Below are positions 27,002 through 39,150 of a stretch of 53,208 nt of DNA, in pieces. Made by a program: the position numbers and the translations under genes. Position 1 is the stretch's first letter, and the number at the start of each line of letters is the position of its first letter. This DNA comes from Phoronis australis. Its lineage: Eukaryota; Animalia; Phoronida. The DNA is taken from positions 74,108 to 127,315 of the forward strand of contig NMRA01000496.1 in NCBI GenBank assembly GCA_002633005.1, written 5' to 3'. Below the pieces are notes generated by a model. The model saw only the letters and a program-made list of their open reading frames with translations. It did not search any database and was not told the origin of the DNA.

Positions 27002-28394
27002 TGACTTTTTTAAAAAAATCAGATGTGTGACGATAAAACTTTTCAATTTTCATAAAAATTAATTACCAGCAGCTGTATTACAGTGTAATTTTATTTTTTA
27101 AAGAAAACTTTCCAGCAGATGACCTTCATGAAAAAAACCGCCATTTTGAAATTTCCGTTGAAGAACACTTGAGTTGTTTAGAGTTTGAAACCAACGTGTG
27201 TAACAGAATAGTGAAGGATTTTCACAGTGAACTTCAGATTTCAGGTAAGTTTCATATTTTTTCGCTTTGCCTGCCATGCCAGTGTCTGTAAGAGTAAACG
27301 AAACATGATTTATACCACAGACGTTCTCAGCTTCTGATCGTCGCCAATGGCCAATCGCAATACAAATTGGGCACACAATATACTACAAGATATGACACTC
27401 GGGATTAGCCCATATCAAACACAAAACTCAATAAATGTACACAAACCAGGGGTCCAACAAACCACGAGCATAAATAAAAATATTTCCAGGTGATCAGTGC
27501 AATGGGCCCACATGCGAGGCCTGCGCACGTCTGGTACACCGTGTATCAGACTGCCTGCAATTATTTTGAATTTATTATAAACCACGAGCAATATATCTTT
27601 CTCCTGGTAGTGAACCACCCNTGACTTTTTTAAAAAAACCAGATGTGTGACAATAAAACTTTTCAATTTTCATAAAAATTAATTACCAACAGCTGTATTA
27701 CAGAGTAATTTTAAGAAAACTTTCCATCAGATGACCTTCATGAAAAAAACCGCCATTTTGAAATTTCCGTTGAAGAACACTTGAGTTGTTAAGAGTTTGA
27801 AACCAACGTGTGTAACAGAATAGTGAAGGATTTTCACAGTGAACTTCAGATTTCAGGTAAGTTTCATATTTCTTCGTTTTGCATGCCATGCCAGTGTCTG
27901 TAAGAGTAAACAAAACATGATTTATACCACAGACGTTCTCAGCTTCTGATCGTCGCCAAATGGCCAATACAAATTGGGCACACAAATATACTACAAGATA
28001 TGACACTCGGGATTCGCCCATATCAAACACAAAACTCAATAAATGTTCACAAAACAGGGGTCCAACAAACCACGAGCATAAATAAAAATATTTCCAGGTG
28101 ATCAGTGCAATGGGCCCACATGCGAGGCCTGCGCACGTCTGGTACAACGTGNACTACAAGGTATGACACTCGGGATTCGCCCATATCAAACACAAAACTC
28201 AATAAATGTACACAAAACAGGGGTCCAACAAACCACGAGCATAAATAAAAATATTTCCAGGTGATCCGTGCAATGGGCCCACATGCGAGGCCTGCGCACG
28301 TCTGGTACAACGACGTGTATCAGACCGCCTGCAATTATTTTATATTTATTATAAACCACGAGCAATATATCTTTCTCCTGGTAGTGAACCACCC
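27002..28394. repeat. Near-identical tandem copies separated by single Ns
   Basis: 27002-27620 ~ 27622-28151, and 28153-28394 ~ 27383-27620. N at 27621 and 28152. Confidence 0.9.
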
Positions 28395-28844
28395 GTGGGA
28401 TTCCTTGTCCCGAGTGTCATACCTTGTGGTATTATATACAGAGGAAGAGGACACCTTTGAATTGCTCATGGTTTGCCGAACCCTTGTTTTGTGTAACTAT
28501 TGAGTTTCGCATTTGATATGGACGGCTGTAGTGACCCAGTGAAGCACACATGAAATTTTTAGTCCTGAGTGTCATACTGTGTGGTATATTTGTGTAGTGT
28601 ATTGGGTACGATCAGAAGCTGAGGACGTTTGAGTAAAACCACAGGCGTCATCAGCCTCTGAGTCTGACCGCCCCAAATACACTATAATACAAAAAGGTCG
28701 GACACTCGATTTCTGTGTGAAGTGAAGCACTCATGGAATTACTAGTTCCCAGTGTCATGCCTTGTGGTAGGCCTATTATTAACGATGATCAGAAGTTGAG
28801 GATGCCTGTGATTTACAACAGGGGGGGAGGAATTTCCCGATGAC

Positions 28845-29525
28845 CCATAAATTAACCATATTATAAACATAAAGGTTGGACACTGAAATTTTGCCAAGCC
28901 TAGGCTGCCAGCTTCAACTGTTCTAAATCCAAGTAAAATCTGTGTGCACCTTCCTCAGACTGGTATTGCATAAACAGGGCTATTCCTGACCACATTTGAA
29001 CCAGTGTCCTTTGGGTGCCCCTGATGATAAAAATTATGTCTTTTTCAAAAAGTTGTGTCTGGCAGACTTTGTGTAATTAAGTGGTAACATACTGAGTTAG
29101 GGATTTTTTGGTTTTAAACAAGGTCATTTTATAAACCCAGAGTTAAAATACATTAAAAGCGAAATTAAATTATGTAAGCGACACTCAACCAGCATTTCGT
29201 GGGCGGACTAAAACAAGAGCTTTGGAATTGCTTCGGCACTGTTTATGAAAAATCCGGATTTGTATGACAGTGATCTGCCATGAACGTCAAAAAATAACCT
29301 TGATGGGCTTCAACATTTTTGTTTGTAAATCACCTCTCGAAGGCAGTTTTAATATGATAAAGTGAAAGAAGGTATTCAAAAAATTGTTTGGTGTTGATTT
29401 CGTTTAGTTCCATGCACATTTGAGTAGAAAATACTAAGCCAACCAATGTTTAAAGTCCAGCCTTTATGTTTTAATATGTAGCCCAGTGAGTGACCTCATT
29501 GGTGATCGAGGAACAGATAAACTGA
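28845..29525 (+). mobile_element. Degenerate relative of the 21726-22878 element
   Basis: aaacataaaggttggacact...ttgcataaac matches 21795-21905, and 29250-29522 matches ~22575-22865 (gatcgaggaacagataaac). Confidence 0.8.
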
Positions 29526-29913
29526 AAACTGAAGTGTCTGGTTGATATTTGCCAGTTTCACACCAGCATGACTCTATTTGACTTTTTTAAAGTATGATAA
29601 CAAAGAATATTTCTGGCTAAGCAATTGAATGTAGCGGGTTCCTCTTTGATTGAATTTTCTGCTTATTTGCGTAACTCTTTTTAAGGATTTCTTCATAAAA
29701 TTAGTTAAGTTCAGAGTTTACATAGCTGATCTAGGAATGAAGTGAACTTGAAAATTTGCTTCTGTAGCCAGTTTCTCCCATGCAAAGTTGCTTTTCTCAA
29801 GTTTGAATTCGACCTCCGAAACTGTGCTGTGGGGCTTTAAAGATAGTTATGAACCTCTATCTATTTTTATATGCCCATTTTACATGTTCTATCTCATTTT
29901 AGTTGTTTGAAAA

Positions 29914-30199
29914 CGAAACTCCAAATGCCCAAATATCAAAATCCAAAACAATGCAGGCTATTGGTTATATAATGAAACATAAACAATCCCCGTTTTGTTG
30001 CTGTGTTTACTTCTTTGACAACATTGCTGACCTTGTGCATGCGCGGCATCGTTCAANCGAAACTCCAAATGCCCAAATATCAAAATCCAAAACAATGCAG
30101 GCTATTGGTTATATAATGAAACGTAAACAATCCCCATTTTGTTGCTGTGTTTACTTCTTTGACAACATTGCTGACCTTGTGCATGCGCGGCATCGTTCA
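29914..30199. repeat. 142-bp duplication split by N
   Basis: 29914-30055 ~ 30058-30199. N at 30057. Confidence 0.9.
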
Positions 30200-31743
30200 G
30201 TAGAAGGGGCACTCAGCCTCATCTCCAAGCTTGGTAATGGTAAATGAAATGTGTCAGAATTTTCACATAAATTGTCGGAATGTCACAAGTAATTTGGAAA
30301 TTTTCTGCAGTTTTATATAAAAATAAAACTAATGGTATATTGTAGCAATTTAGATCTAAATTATTGCAAAAATGATGTATTTTGTTTCAAAAACACATTA
30401 ATACTATTCATAAATAAGAATTGAAAAATAAGTACAACCTTTACTTCAGACAATAACTTAAACAATGCCTTCTGTCGCTTGAATGGCTGCAATGTGAAAA
30501 TAATTACCATCGGTCTTTGTTCAATGACCTCAAGGCATCGGTCAATCATTGTGCAGAAAGTAATTCATATAACCAAGCCTCAAATGGCTAAACCCATAAG
30601 CGCCATCTTGAGGCTTGGGCACAAAGTTGAAAAGGTCACATCAGTGTCAATTGTGTGTAAACACAGAGCAAAACCATCAGTTGATGCTCATAAGACTTTT
30701 TGTAAGATTGTGAAGTATTTTTTAGGAATTTAAAAATGGTAAAAAATAGACAATAGACATTTTGGGAAGAAATGGGATGAATAAAAAGTCGCTTCTGAAA
30801 ATATTTATTACAAGAATCTAAAGTCCTACAACCAGCTGTAATACTTGTGTTTAGAAAGAGTGAAACATTTATATCTTGCAGATTATACATTGCAAATAAG
30901 TTTCTTGTTGGAAAGATATGCAGTGTCTTTAGGTAATTCTTATTGTGCATAACTTATCTGGAAATGTATAGTGGAGTCTTTTAGTTTGTACTCAAAGATA
31001 CTAAGCAGTTTTTGTTTTATTTCAGGGATTGTGGTCAAGGAGCACAGTAATGCTAATGCAAACTTTGTAGTAAAAGAGGCACCATGTTCCGAAACGCTGG
31101 AGACAGGGAGGTAGCGTGAAGACTGTGTGAAGCTGCCAGTTCACTAATAAGCCGAGACAGTTTTGTTAAAAATAATTAGTTTCTTAGTTGTTATTTGTAT
31201 AATTCATAATTTTTTGTAAGTATTTTACCTGAGCAGTTTCATAGTAATAAAAGTATTAAAGAACAAGAGTCTTTTCTTCTTGTAAGTCATAACTAGTGTA
31301 CTGGCTTAATAGGAGCCCATCAATGGCCCTGTACTGGGCCAACACAATCTGTCAATACTGGCCCTTTACAGGGCCGAAACCGGTTATTGGTGTACTGGCC
31401 CAGTAATGGCGTGGTACTGGTCCTTTACNCTGGCTCGATACCGCAATCTTGTATCGGGGCCAATACGGGGAAGGTGTGCAGAATGTTATTGGGCCAGTAC
31501 TGGCCTACATCATTGGGCCAATACAGAAGACATTTCAGGGCCAGTATTGGCCCAGTACCTGCATGTTTACTGGGACGTAGGAAGAGTTTCATGGTGATTT
31601 ATTGAGCGACGGTGCTCGGCTGGAAAATGATGACACGCGGGGATACCGAGCTAAACCGCGTCACTGGGACTCCAGACGTTTTGTATCTTACGATTCCGAG
31701 AAAGTTTTGACTAGCAACCTTATCTGTTGGTACTAGCGGGTTT

Positions 31744-31744
<1 letters not shown>

Positions 31745-31795
<51 letters not shown>
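31745..31795. repeat. (TTG)17 microsatellite
   Basis: Direct reading. Confidence 0.95.
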
Positions 31796-31796
<1 letters not shown>

Positions 31797-32445
31797 ATGC
31801 ATCATGAACTTGTTTTAACTTCTTTATGCGGCTGGCTGGTAGCGTCGTTGACATTTAGGCGAGGCTGATCGACCGTTGTCATAGCAGCACCAAGTTATTC
31901 GGGGCTGAACTTCAGTGACTTTTTGCATTACTATGCAAAAGCACATGGCGTCAGGTGCACGTTAGCTTTTAAACGACCAAAATGGGCGAAGGCAGTCGAC
32001 GAACTATTAATGAAAACTGGCCAGATTCAATAGTTACATCGACTGAAATTGGACAGGCTTTGTGCCAGTTAAATAAATGGCTCACAAAAGTAAGAGTAAT
32101 CAGGCTCAACTAATTACAAGGTCCAGTCATACTATTCTTGATGGTTGTGACCTACATGGTTCATTCCTCGTAACTTTGAATTTAGATAAATGTCTGTCAA
32201 GAACTATACACACACATTGTGACGAAATCAGAGAAAAAATAAATTTAAATTAGACATATTGACGATGTATGTCACTTTCGGCCAAATTAGTAATAGAAAA
32301 CTCAGCTTGTTGTCCAGCGTTGTGTATTATATTCATTCCCAACTTTTCGATGAAATTCAATTCACCATCCTCAAGGAGTATATCCAATCACAACAAACAT
32401 GGTCACAAGAAAGACATAATTATATTTACATATTCATATGGTGCT

Positions 32446-32478
32446 GATGACGACGACGACGACGACGACGATGATGAT
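32446..32478. repeat. (GAC/GAT)n microsatellite
   Basis: Direct reading. Confidence 0.9.
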
Positions 32479-32865
32479 CTTATTTGAGACANATTCGTTT
32501 TTGCGCATTTTCACTTGTATCTGGTTGACCTCAGATTGATGCAGTTAAGGTCTAGTGAAATTCGGTTGACAAAATTTGATGTCTAGCGTTATACTTTATG
32601 ATAGTTATACGTCTCCCAAGTGCAGGGGGGCATGTGTATATGATTGCTACGTGTATCTGTGCTGAAGCAAAACTTTAAGAATGCAGCCGAGCATTTCTAC
32701 CTAACACAAACAAAAAGTGTGAATAGACACTTCGTTAAAAGAGTTTTTCAAATTGAACATGGTGTTGTATTGAACGGAACGCGAATGTGGAGAAAACTTC
32801 CACGTCTTGTCTTCAAAACAGGTTGCATTGTCCATTATCTTGTTTACGGTTACCGCTCACCTTAA

Positions 32866-33834
32866 AGTGTACGCAACATGACTCTAGTACCTCAAAATAA
32901 ATTTTACTATTATATCTTACTTGATTTCAGTGCCTTTAGTGCAAAGCTCATAAAGAAACACGTAAAAATTGAAAAAAATAATAATTATGTACAACGTCAT
33001 GGGTTGAACCCAAGTCGTTCGGCACACTGTTCGGATCAGCAACTAAGTGTGTATAAAGTGAAGTGAAAGTAAAGTATATTTAGCGTCGAGACGGTTCGTA
33101 GAGTGATGAAAAGATGTGTTTGCTGAGGCTGCAGCAACAGCAGTCAGACGGAGAACGTCTCGGTGTTCCGAAGGACGCCAAAGTTGCGCAGTAGTGGCAT
33201 CGCTTCGTGCGCCGAACGAGAGTGTGGGACCTCAGCGTGGACCAAGCTATTCTGTCCGGAACCACTCTGTGTTCTGTCCACTTTGAGGAGTCGTGTTTCG
33301 ACTCCAATCAGAGGAGATGTTACGATGAAGGCCTGGTTCAATAAAGGACAATATTTACTATTCAGAAACATCGGCTCTTTATTCAGGATCGTCTGTTGGA
33401 TGACTGGGTTGACTGGCCGAGCCCGAGGCCGCTTCTCTAGCGGGAGGATCCAGTTCGTAAGGCCCCGAAGTAGAAAAGTACGCAGCCGTGAAAACATATC
33501 AAACTCGTTCTCGCTCTCGTGCAACCCCATTTCGTCATCCTGGCCACCATTCTCGTACGTTTCTTCACAGTATTTGTTCATTTCTTGCTCATAATCGTTG
33601 TCGCTTTCAAATTCCCTACTCTCCGCCGTTGTTCAATGCTAGTCGCTGATCTCTTGTGTTCAACCCATGATGTCACATGGCGGGAAATGTGAAAATTGGC
33701 AAAAATTGAAAGAGAAATCAAAATTTCGAGCTAATGACACAAAATAATCATGGATTTGGCTAAATTTTACGTCATACATCTAGTCTGTGGCCAGCGGTAA
33801 TTCGAAATGTGCAAAAATCCATGGTGTGTACTGT
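32866..33834. mobile_element. Mini-Kolobok element (969 bp)
   Basis: TTAA|AGTGTACGCAACATG ... CATGGTGTGTACTGT|TTAA. Clear THAP at 33106-33345 (+): MKRCVC*GCSNS...PKDAKVAQ*WHRFVRRTRVW...TTLCSVHFEESCFD. Acidic KolX first exon at ~33629-33359 (-): ...GPYELDPPARE...RADVSE|gtaaat. Confidence 0.8.
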
Positions 33835-34673
33835 TTAAACCTTCACGTGTTATTCAAGCAATGTGAACTTGTGTAGGAGTCACATATTAAACTATTCATC
33901 CTTTGCGCAGACTATCCCAGTGCAAATGTGAGGGCAGCACGACACTGAATTCTAGCCTAAAAATAGCAGCAAACCACCGTAAAACTGGATTGGCTGATGT
34001 ATGCTCAGCATGAATGTCGGTTAAAAGTTGACCGATTGCATAATTACGACCTAGACTGAGGTAAAAAAATCAGTCAGTCGTTTATATTTTAAACCTTTTG
34101 TACTAATATGCTTCTTTGTCACTTAGATTTTATCGTCTGAACTCTTCCTAAAACACGAGGGTAAAATTACAAGCCAACTTAAAAACACGAGCGCAAAATT
34201 TGCCATAGGCGCCCCCCCCCCCCCNCCCCCCCCCCCTTGGCTGCCGCAAAAATAAAACAACAAGAGCGTAGGGAAATGTTGAGTTTATTAATTAACCCCG
34301 GTAATTAAAATAATACGGCTGAAACAAGATTAAAATGTATGTAGTTTTAGTGTTTGGGGGAGGGGCTCAGATCCAATTTCAAGTGTCAAATTCGGAACAC
34401 GGCGCAATCGTAACGGAACTCATAGCTATGTATAGGCTCTCCCGCGATATACCAAGCGACCGGCAGTGGCGCTGGGCACAACGACTCTGTTTCCGTCGTC
34501 TGCTCCACTGTGCAGTGAAGAAAATTATTTCATTTTTGAAGAAAATGAAATCTGAGTGATGATGAAAAAACAGAATCTGCTGGTAAGATGTCAATTTTAA
34601 TCGAAGCCTTAGTGAATCACTCAGAAACTCATAATTCTCTTTTTGTCAAGCCTTAACTTAAGACCATTTCCAA

Positions 34674-35678
34674 AGCAATCGCGTCATTATTGCCAACACA
34701 AAAAACGGATTTGGTATTTAAGTCAATTGAAGACTATTTTAAATACAACAAATTTGTAACATACTGATTGCACAAAATATAAAACATATTATAAGCATTA
34801 CAAAAAGAAGAAGGTTTCGCGCTCGAACATTGTGGACCATAAACAATTTAGAAGTATCAATTTAGGAGCTAAATCGTTGTGGTGCAGTGGTAAAGCACGC
34901 GCGCTGTATCCGTCAAGTCGTGAGTGCGAGTCTGTGGTATTTGCAGTTTTTGCTGTTTGACACGTTCTCCGTGTTTTTTTTTTTTTTTGCCTTTTTTCTT
35001 GGATAATACTTCTGGAATCAAGGAAAACGCTTGGTTTTTAGAGGAAAAAACATAAAAATTTCCTGGGCGGGATGGGGGCGAACCCCCCTCCCGACCTCCC
35101 CCTATTCGGTGCTATGCGCATCTACAATCGTGCTTTGAGCAAATGTTTACAGACAAAATTTTGGGCCCCCCTTGTGATATCCNAGCAATCGCGTCATTAT
35201 TGCCAACACAAAAAACGGATTTGGTCTTTAAGTCAATTGAAGACTATTTTAAATACAACAAATTTGTAACATACTGATTGCACAAAATATAAACCATATA
35301 ATAAGCATTACAAAAAGAAGAAGGTTTCGCGCGCGAACATTGTGGACCATAAACAATTTAGAAGTATCAATTTAGGAGCTAAATCGTTGTGGTGCAGTGG
35401 TAAAGCACGCGCGCTGTATCCGTCAAGTCGTGAGTGCGAGTCTGTGGTATTTGCTGTTTGACACGTTCTCCGTGTTTTTTTTTTGCCTTTTTTCTTGGAT
35501 AATACTTCTGGAATCAAGGAAAACGCTTGGTTTTTAGAGGAAAAAACATAAAAATTTCCTGGGCGGGATGGGGGCGAACCCCCCTCCCGACCTCCCCCTA
35601 TTCGGTGCTATGCGCATCTACAATCGTGCTTTGAGCAAATGTTTACAGACAAAATTTTGGGCCCCCCTTGTGATATCC
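34674..35678. repeat. ~500-bp duplication split by N
   Basis: 34674-35182 ~ 35184-35678. N at 35183. Confidence 0.9.
34872..34940 (+). mobile_element. tRNA-derived SINE-like head (duplicate at ~35382-35450)
   Basis: A box TGGTGCAGTGG and degenerate B box GTGCGAGTC at tRNA-like spacing. No intact cloverleaf is evident. Confidence 0.45.
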
Positions 35679-36239
35679 TATATCTGCCACTGCAAAATTG
35701 CAAACAAAAAATTACGAGTGAAAATTTTAAGCGTAAAAGTACCGGCGTTTAACTGCTTCAGAGCTCACGTGACCTACAAACCAATTGACCTTACTCCAAC
35801 CAGAAGATCTCTCTGCCTATGATGCCACGTGATGCGGAAGTCCGACATCACAGAATGGCTTCGTCTAGCAAGACCGGCATGCTAACTGATATTCTCGCAG
35901 ACCTTGGCGAACATTATCTTCCCTATGAATCTCGCAATGACAAAGACAAAAGGCAAGATCATTCAGAAAAGATTCCTACGGGAACGGGGTGAAGATTTAC
36001 GTCGAGGACACCTGACGTGTAAACCGCCCGCGGATGTTTCAGAAGTCAACGCAAATCCGACCACAGACGTCCTCAGCTTCTGATCGTCCCCAGTACAGTA
36101 TCAAAAATACTACAAGGTACGACACTCTCGACCAGAAATTCCACGGGGGCTTCACTTCAGCCGTCCATATCAAACACAAAACTTAATAAATTTATACAAA
36201 ACAGGGTTTCAACTAACCATTAGCAATTGTTCTTTCTTC

Positions 36240-38019
36240 TAATGCCATTCACGGTGTCCTTGTCCAGCGAGATCGCAACAAATTCGCGGTCAAAGCACAA
36301 AATTGCTCCCAAAAAGCCTCCTTGGACGGTTGGAAGTCAAGGACGGTACGGAATTATCCGATGAGTTACGGATGGACGGCAATTGCCGGTTCATCACGGA
36401 AGGTTACGAAATCGTAGCTGCTGAAAGCATACTTGTCATGAAAAGCAAGTGCTGGTTGGTTTCATCAGTGCCCGTTTTTATATGATCTATTGTCATAGAT
36501 AGTGTTAATTAGATATTAGATATTTTTTATGTCTCCGCAACTCAAAGGCATCAAGTCAGGGATTTGTTTAAGGAAGTAGTCGTTTTTCTCCTGGCGGCTA
36601 AGTGTTGCGACATTCCGTGACAAATCGGCAGTTGCCGTACCGGGAAAAAAACTGGTTGGTGCTTAGCAATAGTGAACTGAAGCTGCGGAGATGAAACCGG
36701 ATTAAGAAGGTGACTGATTTCAAAATATTGGTCCGTCCATATGAGGTTTTTGGTTTTGGTGTTCAAGTTGAAGCCCAAAGCCAGAGAGGTATGGACGGAT
36801 GCGTCAAGGTTACCTGCGATGGGTGGCATATGGTGTTCCATTGAGGGGGTTATGTTCGTAGCCGATAAAGACGTAGTCGGTGATGTAGAGGTGAGGACGG
36901 CTGGCGTAAGTGAAGTCTGGTGAACAGTTAAAGGGGTCGCCGTATTATTGATGGTTGGCTGGGTTGAGGCTTCTAATTGCTGGATCGCTGGTGAGTAAGT
37001 CCCGTCGCGAAGTGTTTGAAGTTACGGATGAGGTGGACGACGGCGGGTGCACGGGTGGCACTTGGCGAGATGGTGGGCGAGTCTGGTATGGCGAGGAAGT
37101 TTTTCGTTTTTCTCGTTGATTGTCGTGGCATGCTGAAAGGGAAGAGTAAATGGAGAAGAAATGGAACAACTTAATGGCTGGGCAAGTAGGGAAAGAGAAG
37201 AAATTGGAGAGGTGAATTAAAATGGAATTTCTCTGAACATTAAGAACTAAGGAGCAAATTATAGAAACCTGAATGGTCGAACCCATTATTAAACGAGGAC
37301 TTGTGAATAAACTGGCAAAATTAATGAAAACTATAAGATGAAAGAGACACCTAAGGTGTACCTAGAACAAAGTACTAAGCTCATATAAACTTGAACTGTT
37401 AGACCCGTGTAGAAACGGGAACCAATGAATAAAATGAAAAGGAATCGTAAACTGAAGTAACCACCCAAGGTGTTACCAGATAGAGTAGTCTAAGTGAGGA
37501 CCACTGACGAAGTGTAAACTGAAGTAAACACCCAATGTGTTACCGGACCGAGCCGTACGAAGTTTAAACTGAAGTTGGCACCCAAGGTGCTACCAGATGG
37601 AATAATCCGTGTACAGGAACCACTGCATGGACGGAGCAAACAACGTGGAAAGTGAAGTAACACCCAATGTGTTACCAGACAGAGTCGTAACTGAAAGTAA
37701 TAACGTATAATAAGATTAATGGAAGAAGATGTGAAAGGGGACCGGGAACGGGGCAGTAAGACAATTACGTGTATACTGAAATTATACAAGGAATTAGATG
37801 GGGAGGAATGTGGTAGGGGGCAATTATGAGAGGAGACCCTGGCGGCGGAGGGGGTGGCCGAAAGCAAAGCGGACGCTGAGTGCTTGCTTGCTGATGCCTA
37901 AAGGGTTAAAGTGGATGAGGTCGGTGCGGAAAAGGTGTAAAGGGTTTTCCCAGAACCCACCCTTATGGGTCCAAAGGAAGACCGTGGGGTGGTCGATGAT
38001 TAGGCGTTTGAGGTGGAAG
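36240..38019 (-). mobile_element. DIRS/Ngaro-like retroelement gag remnant (probably continuing at 41787-42035)
   Basis: LALGFNLNTKTKNLIWTDQYFEISHLLNP resembles the Ngaro/DIRS ORF1 motif LG.H.....K.KIW...Y..L..LL. AFSSYDFVTFRDEPA resembles the YD..FR...A motif. An S/P/T-rich N-terminal region and similar strand skew occur on both sides of the Kolobok insertion. Confidence 0.5.
37445..37700. repeat. Imperfect tandem repeats (~50-85 bp spacing, 4 copies)
   Basis: (aactg)aagtaa(c/a)cacccaa(g/t)gtgttacc(a/g)ga recurs four times. Confidence 0.8.
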
Positions 38020-38292
38020 TTAAAGTGTAATTAGCAAGGTCCAAGTATGTTAAATTGTAATAATATCTTCAAGGTATTGTTATTTGGATGCATTTTATTC
38101 AAATTATCGTATAATTGTATCTTTAGTTATTTTGAAAAAGCGAAAATAAAAAATTTGCGAAATGTTGACATTTGACACCGTGACATGGTGTTGGGGAACA
38201 CAAACTAGATTATATCCCACAACGCAGTTCACCGCCATTATAACACAATACACGACGAACAAAGACCGTTCAATCTTGGCGTGTTTTATCAA

Positions 38293-38537
38293 TTGCGCAT
38301 CGGTTTGTGTGCGCTAACTTTTCTAACACCACCCAGGTGGAAGGCGTGAGCGCATTTAAATTCACAAAAGACAAGTATCTGGCCGCAAAACTTCACGTTC
38401 TCGTGTGCACTGCTCGTCTGAAAAATGACTGTACAGTCAGCCATGTCTGCCAGAGCCGCAGTATGCTCCGACTATTTTGAGGGCGGCTGCTTCGACGACA
38501 AACACAACATGAAGGTTGAAGCTGGTCTTGTAAAAAG
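38293..38537 (+). pseudogene. THAP exon of the Kolobok transposase
   Basis: HRFVCANFSNTTQVEGVSAFKFTKDKYLAAK... (frameshift) AAVCSDYFEGGCFDDKHNMKVEAGLVK, then AG|GTAAGT. Confidence 0.75.
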
Positions 38538-38972
38538 GTAAGTTACCTTGAAAATTTTGATGTCTAAGAATTCATGACGCTTTCGCAGTGCCTGAGCAAT
38601 AACGATGTTTTTTTTTTCACAATCACCATAGTTCTAAAGTGTTTGAAAATCTGTTGTTTTTCTCTGAAACATTTAGTCATAAATGGGATAAAACTAAAAG
38701 CGATAGCAAAGAAAGCTGATCTCAAAAAGTGCATGTGTTTTGAAAAGAATGCAGACTATGAATAAAGAAAAACACGATGGTAACTTAATTGCAAGGTTTT
38801 GATTATTAAAGTAATCTGTTTCAAAACAGGATTAAAATCTAGTTTTGGCTTTTGTTTGAAGGTTATAAAAGTAGGCGAAAACTTGCAATTAGATATCGTC
38901 TTGTTTTACTTTAATCATGGACTTCTCTTGATTCATTTTTTACTTTTGAATTGCTGCTGTTGTGCTTTTCAG

Positions 38973-39150
38973 AATATGTAAATGAAGTAAGGTAGACTAC
39001 CAAGCACTTAGTGCGAAACAAATGAGAAGCTGGTGGTCGTGAAATTCGTTTAAAAATTGATGCCCCTCCAATGCCGACTGCTGATGCTCGAGATATGTCC
39101 AAGGAGGATGCCGTGGCATAGATGAGGATCCGTTATACAGATGAATTCAG
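38973..39150 (+). pseudogene. Kolobok transposase C-terminal exon remnant
   Basis: ttttcAG acceptor, then YVNEVR*...LKIDAPPMPT...SKEDAVA*MRIRY, resembling the Kolobok terminal YV.E...PPPL...KEEAVA...SRF motif. Confidence 0.5.

Larger units (their letters stand above)
26777..31574. mobile_element. Probable EnSpm/CACTA-type element with nested insertions
   Basis: TIRs CCCAGTAAACATG ... CATGTTTACTGGG. Many subterminal GGCCCAGTA(C/T)TGG motifs at both ends. A plus-strand exon from 31026 with TMFRNAGDRE is DUF4806-like, and a minus-strand WRLWV*PFE at ~30570-30620 resembles the EnSpm transposase GPLW..S.FPFE motif. The TSD is not preserved. Confidence 0.6.

Noticed and set aside
33144-33594. Overlapping 145-aa and 143-aa ORFs as real genes
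   Set aside because: They are chance read-through frames across fused, frameshifted THAP and KolX remnants.
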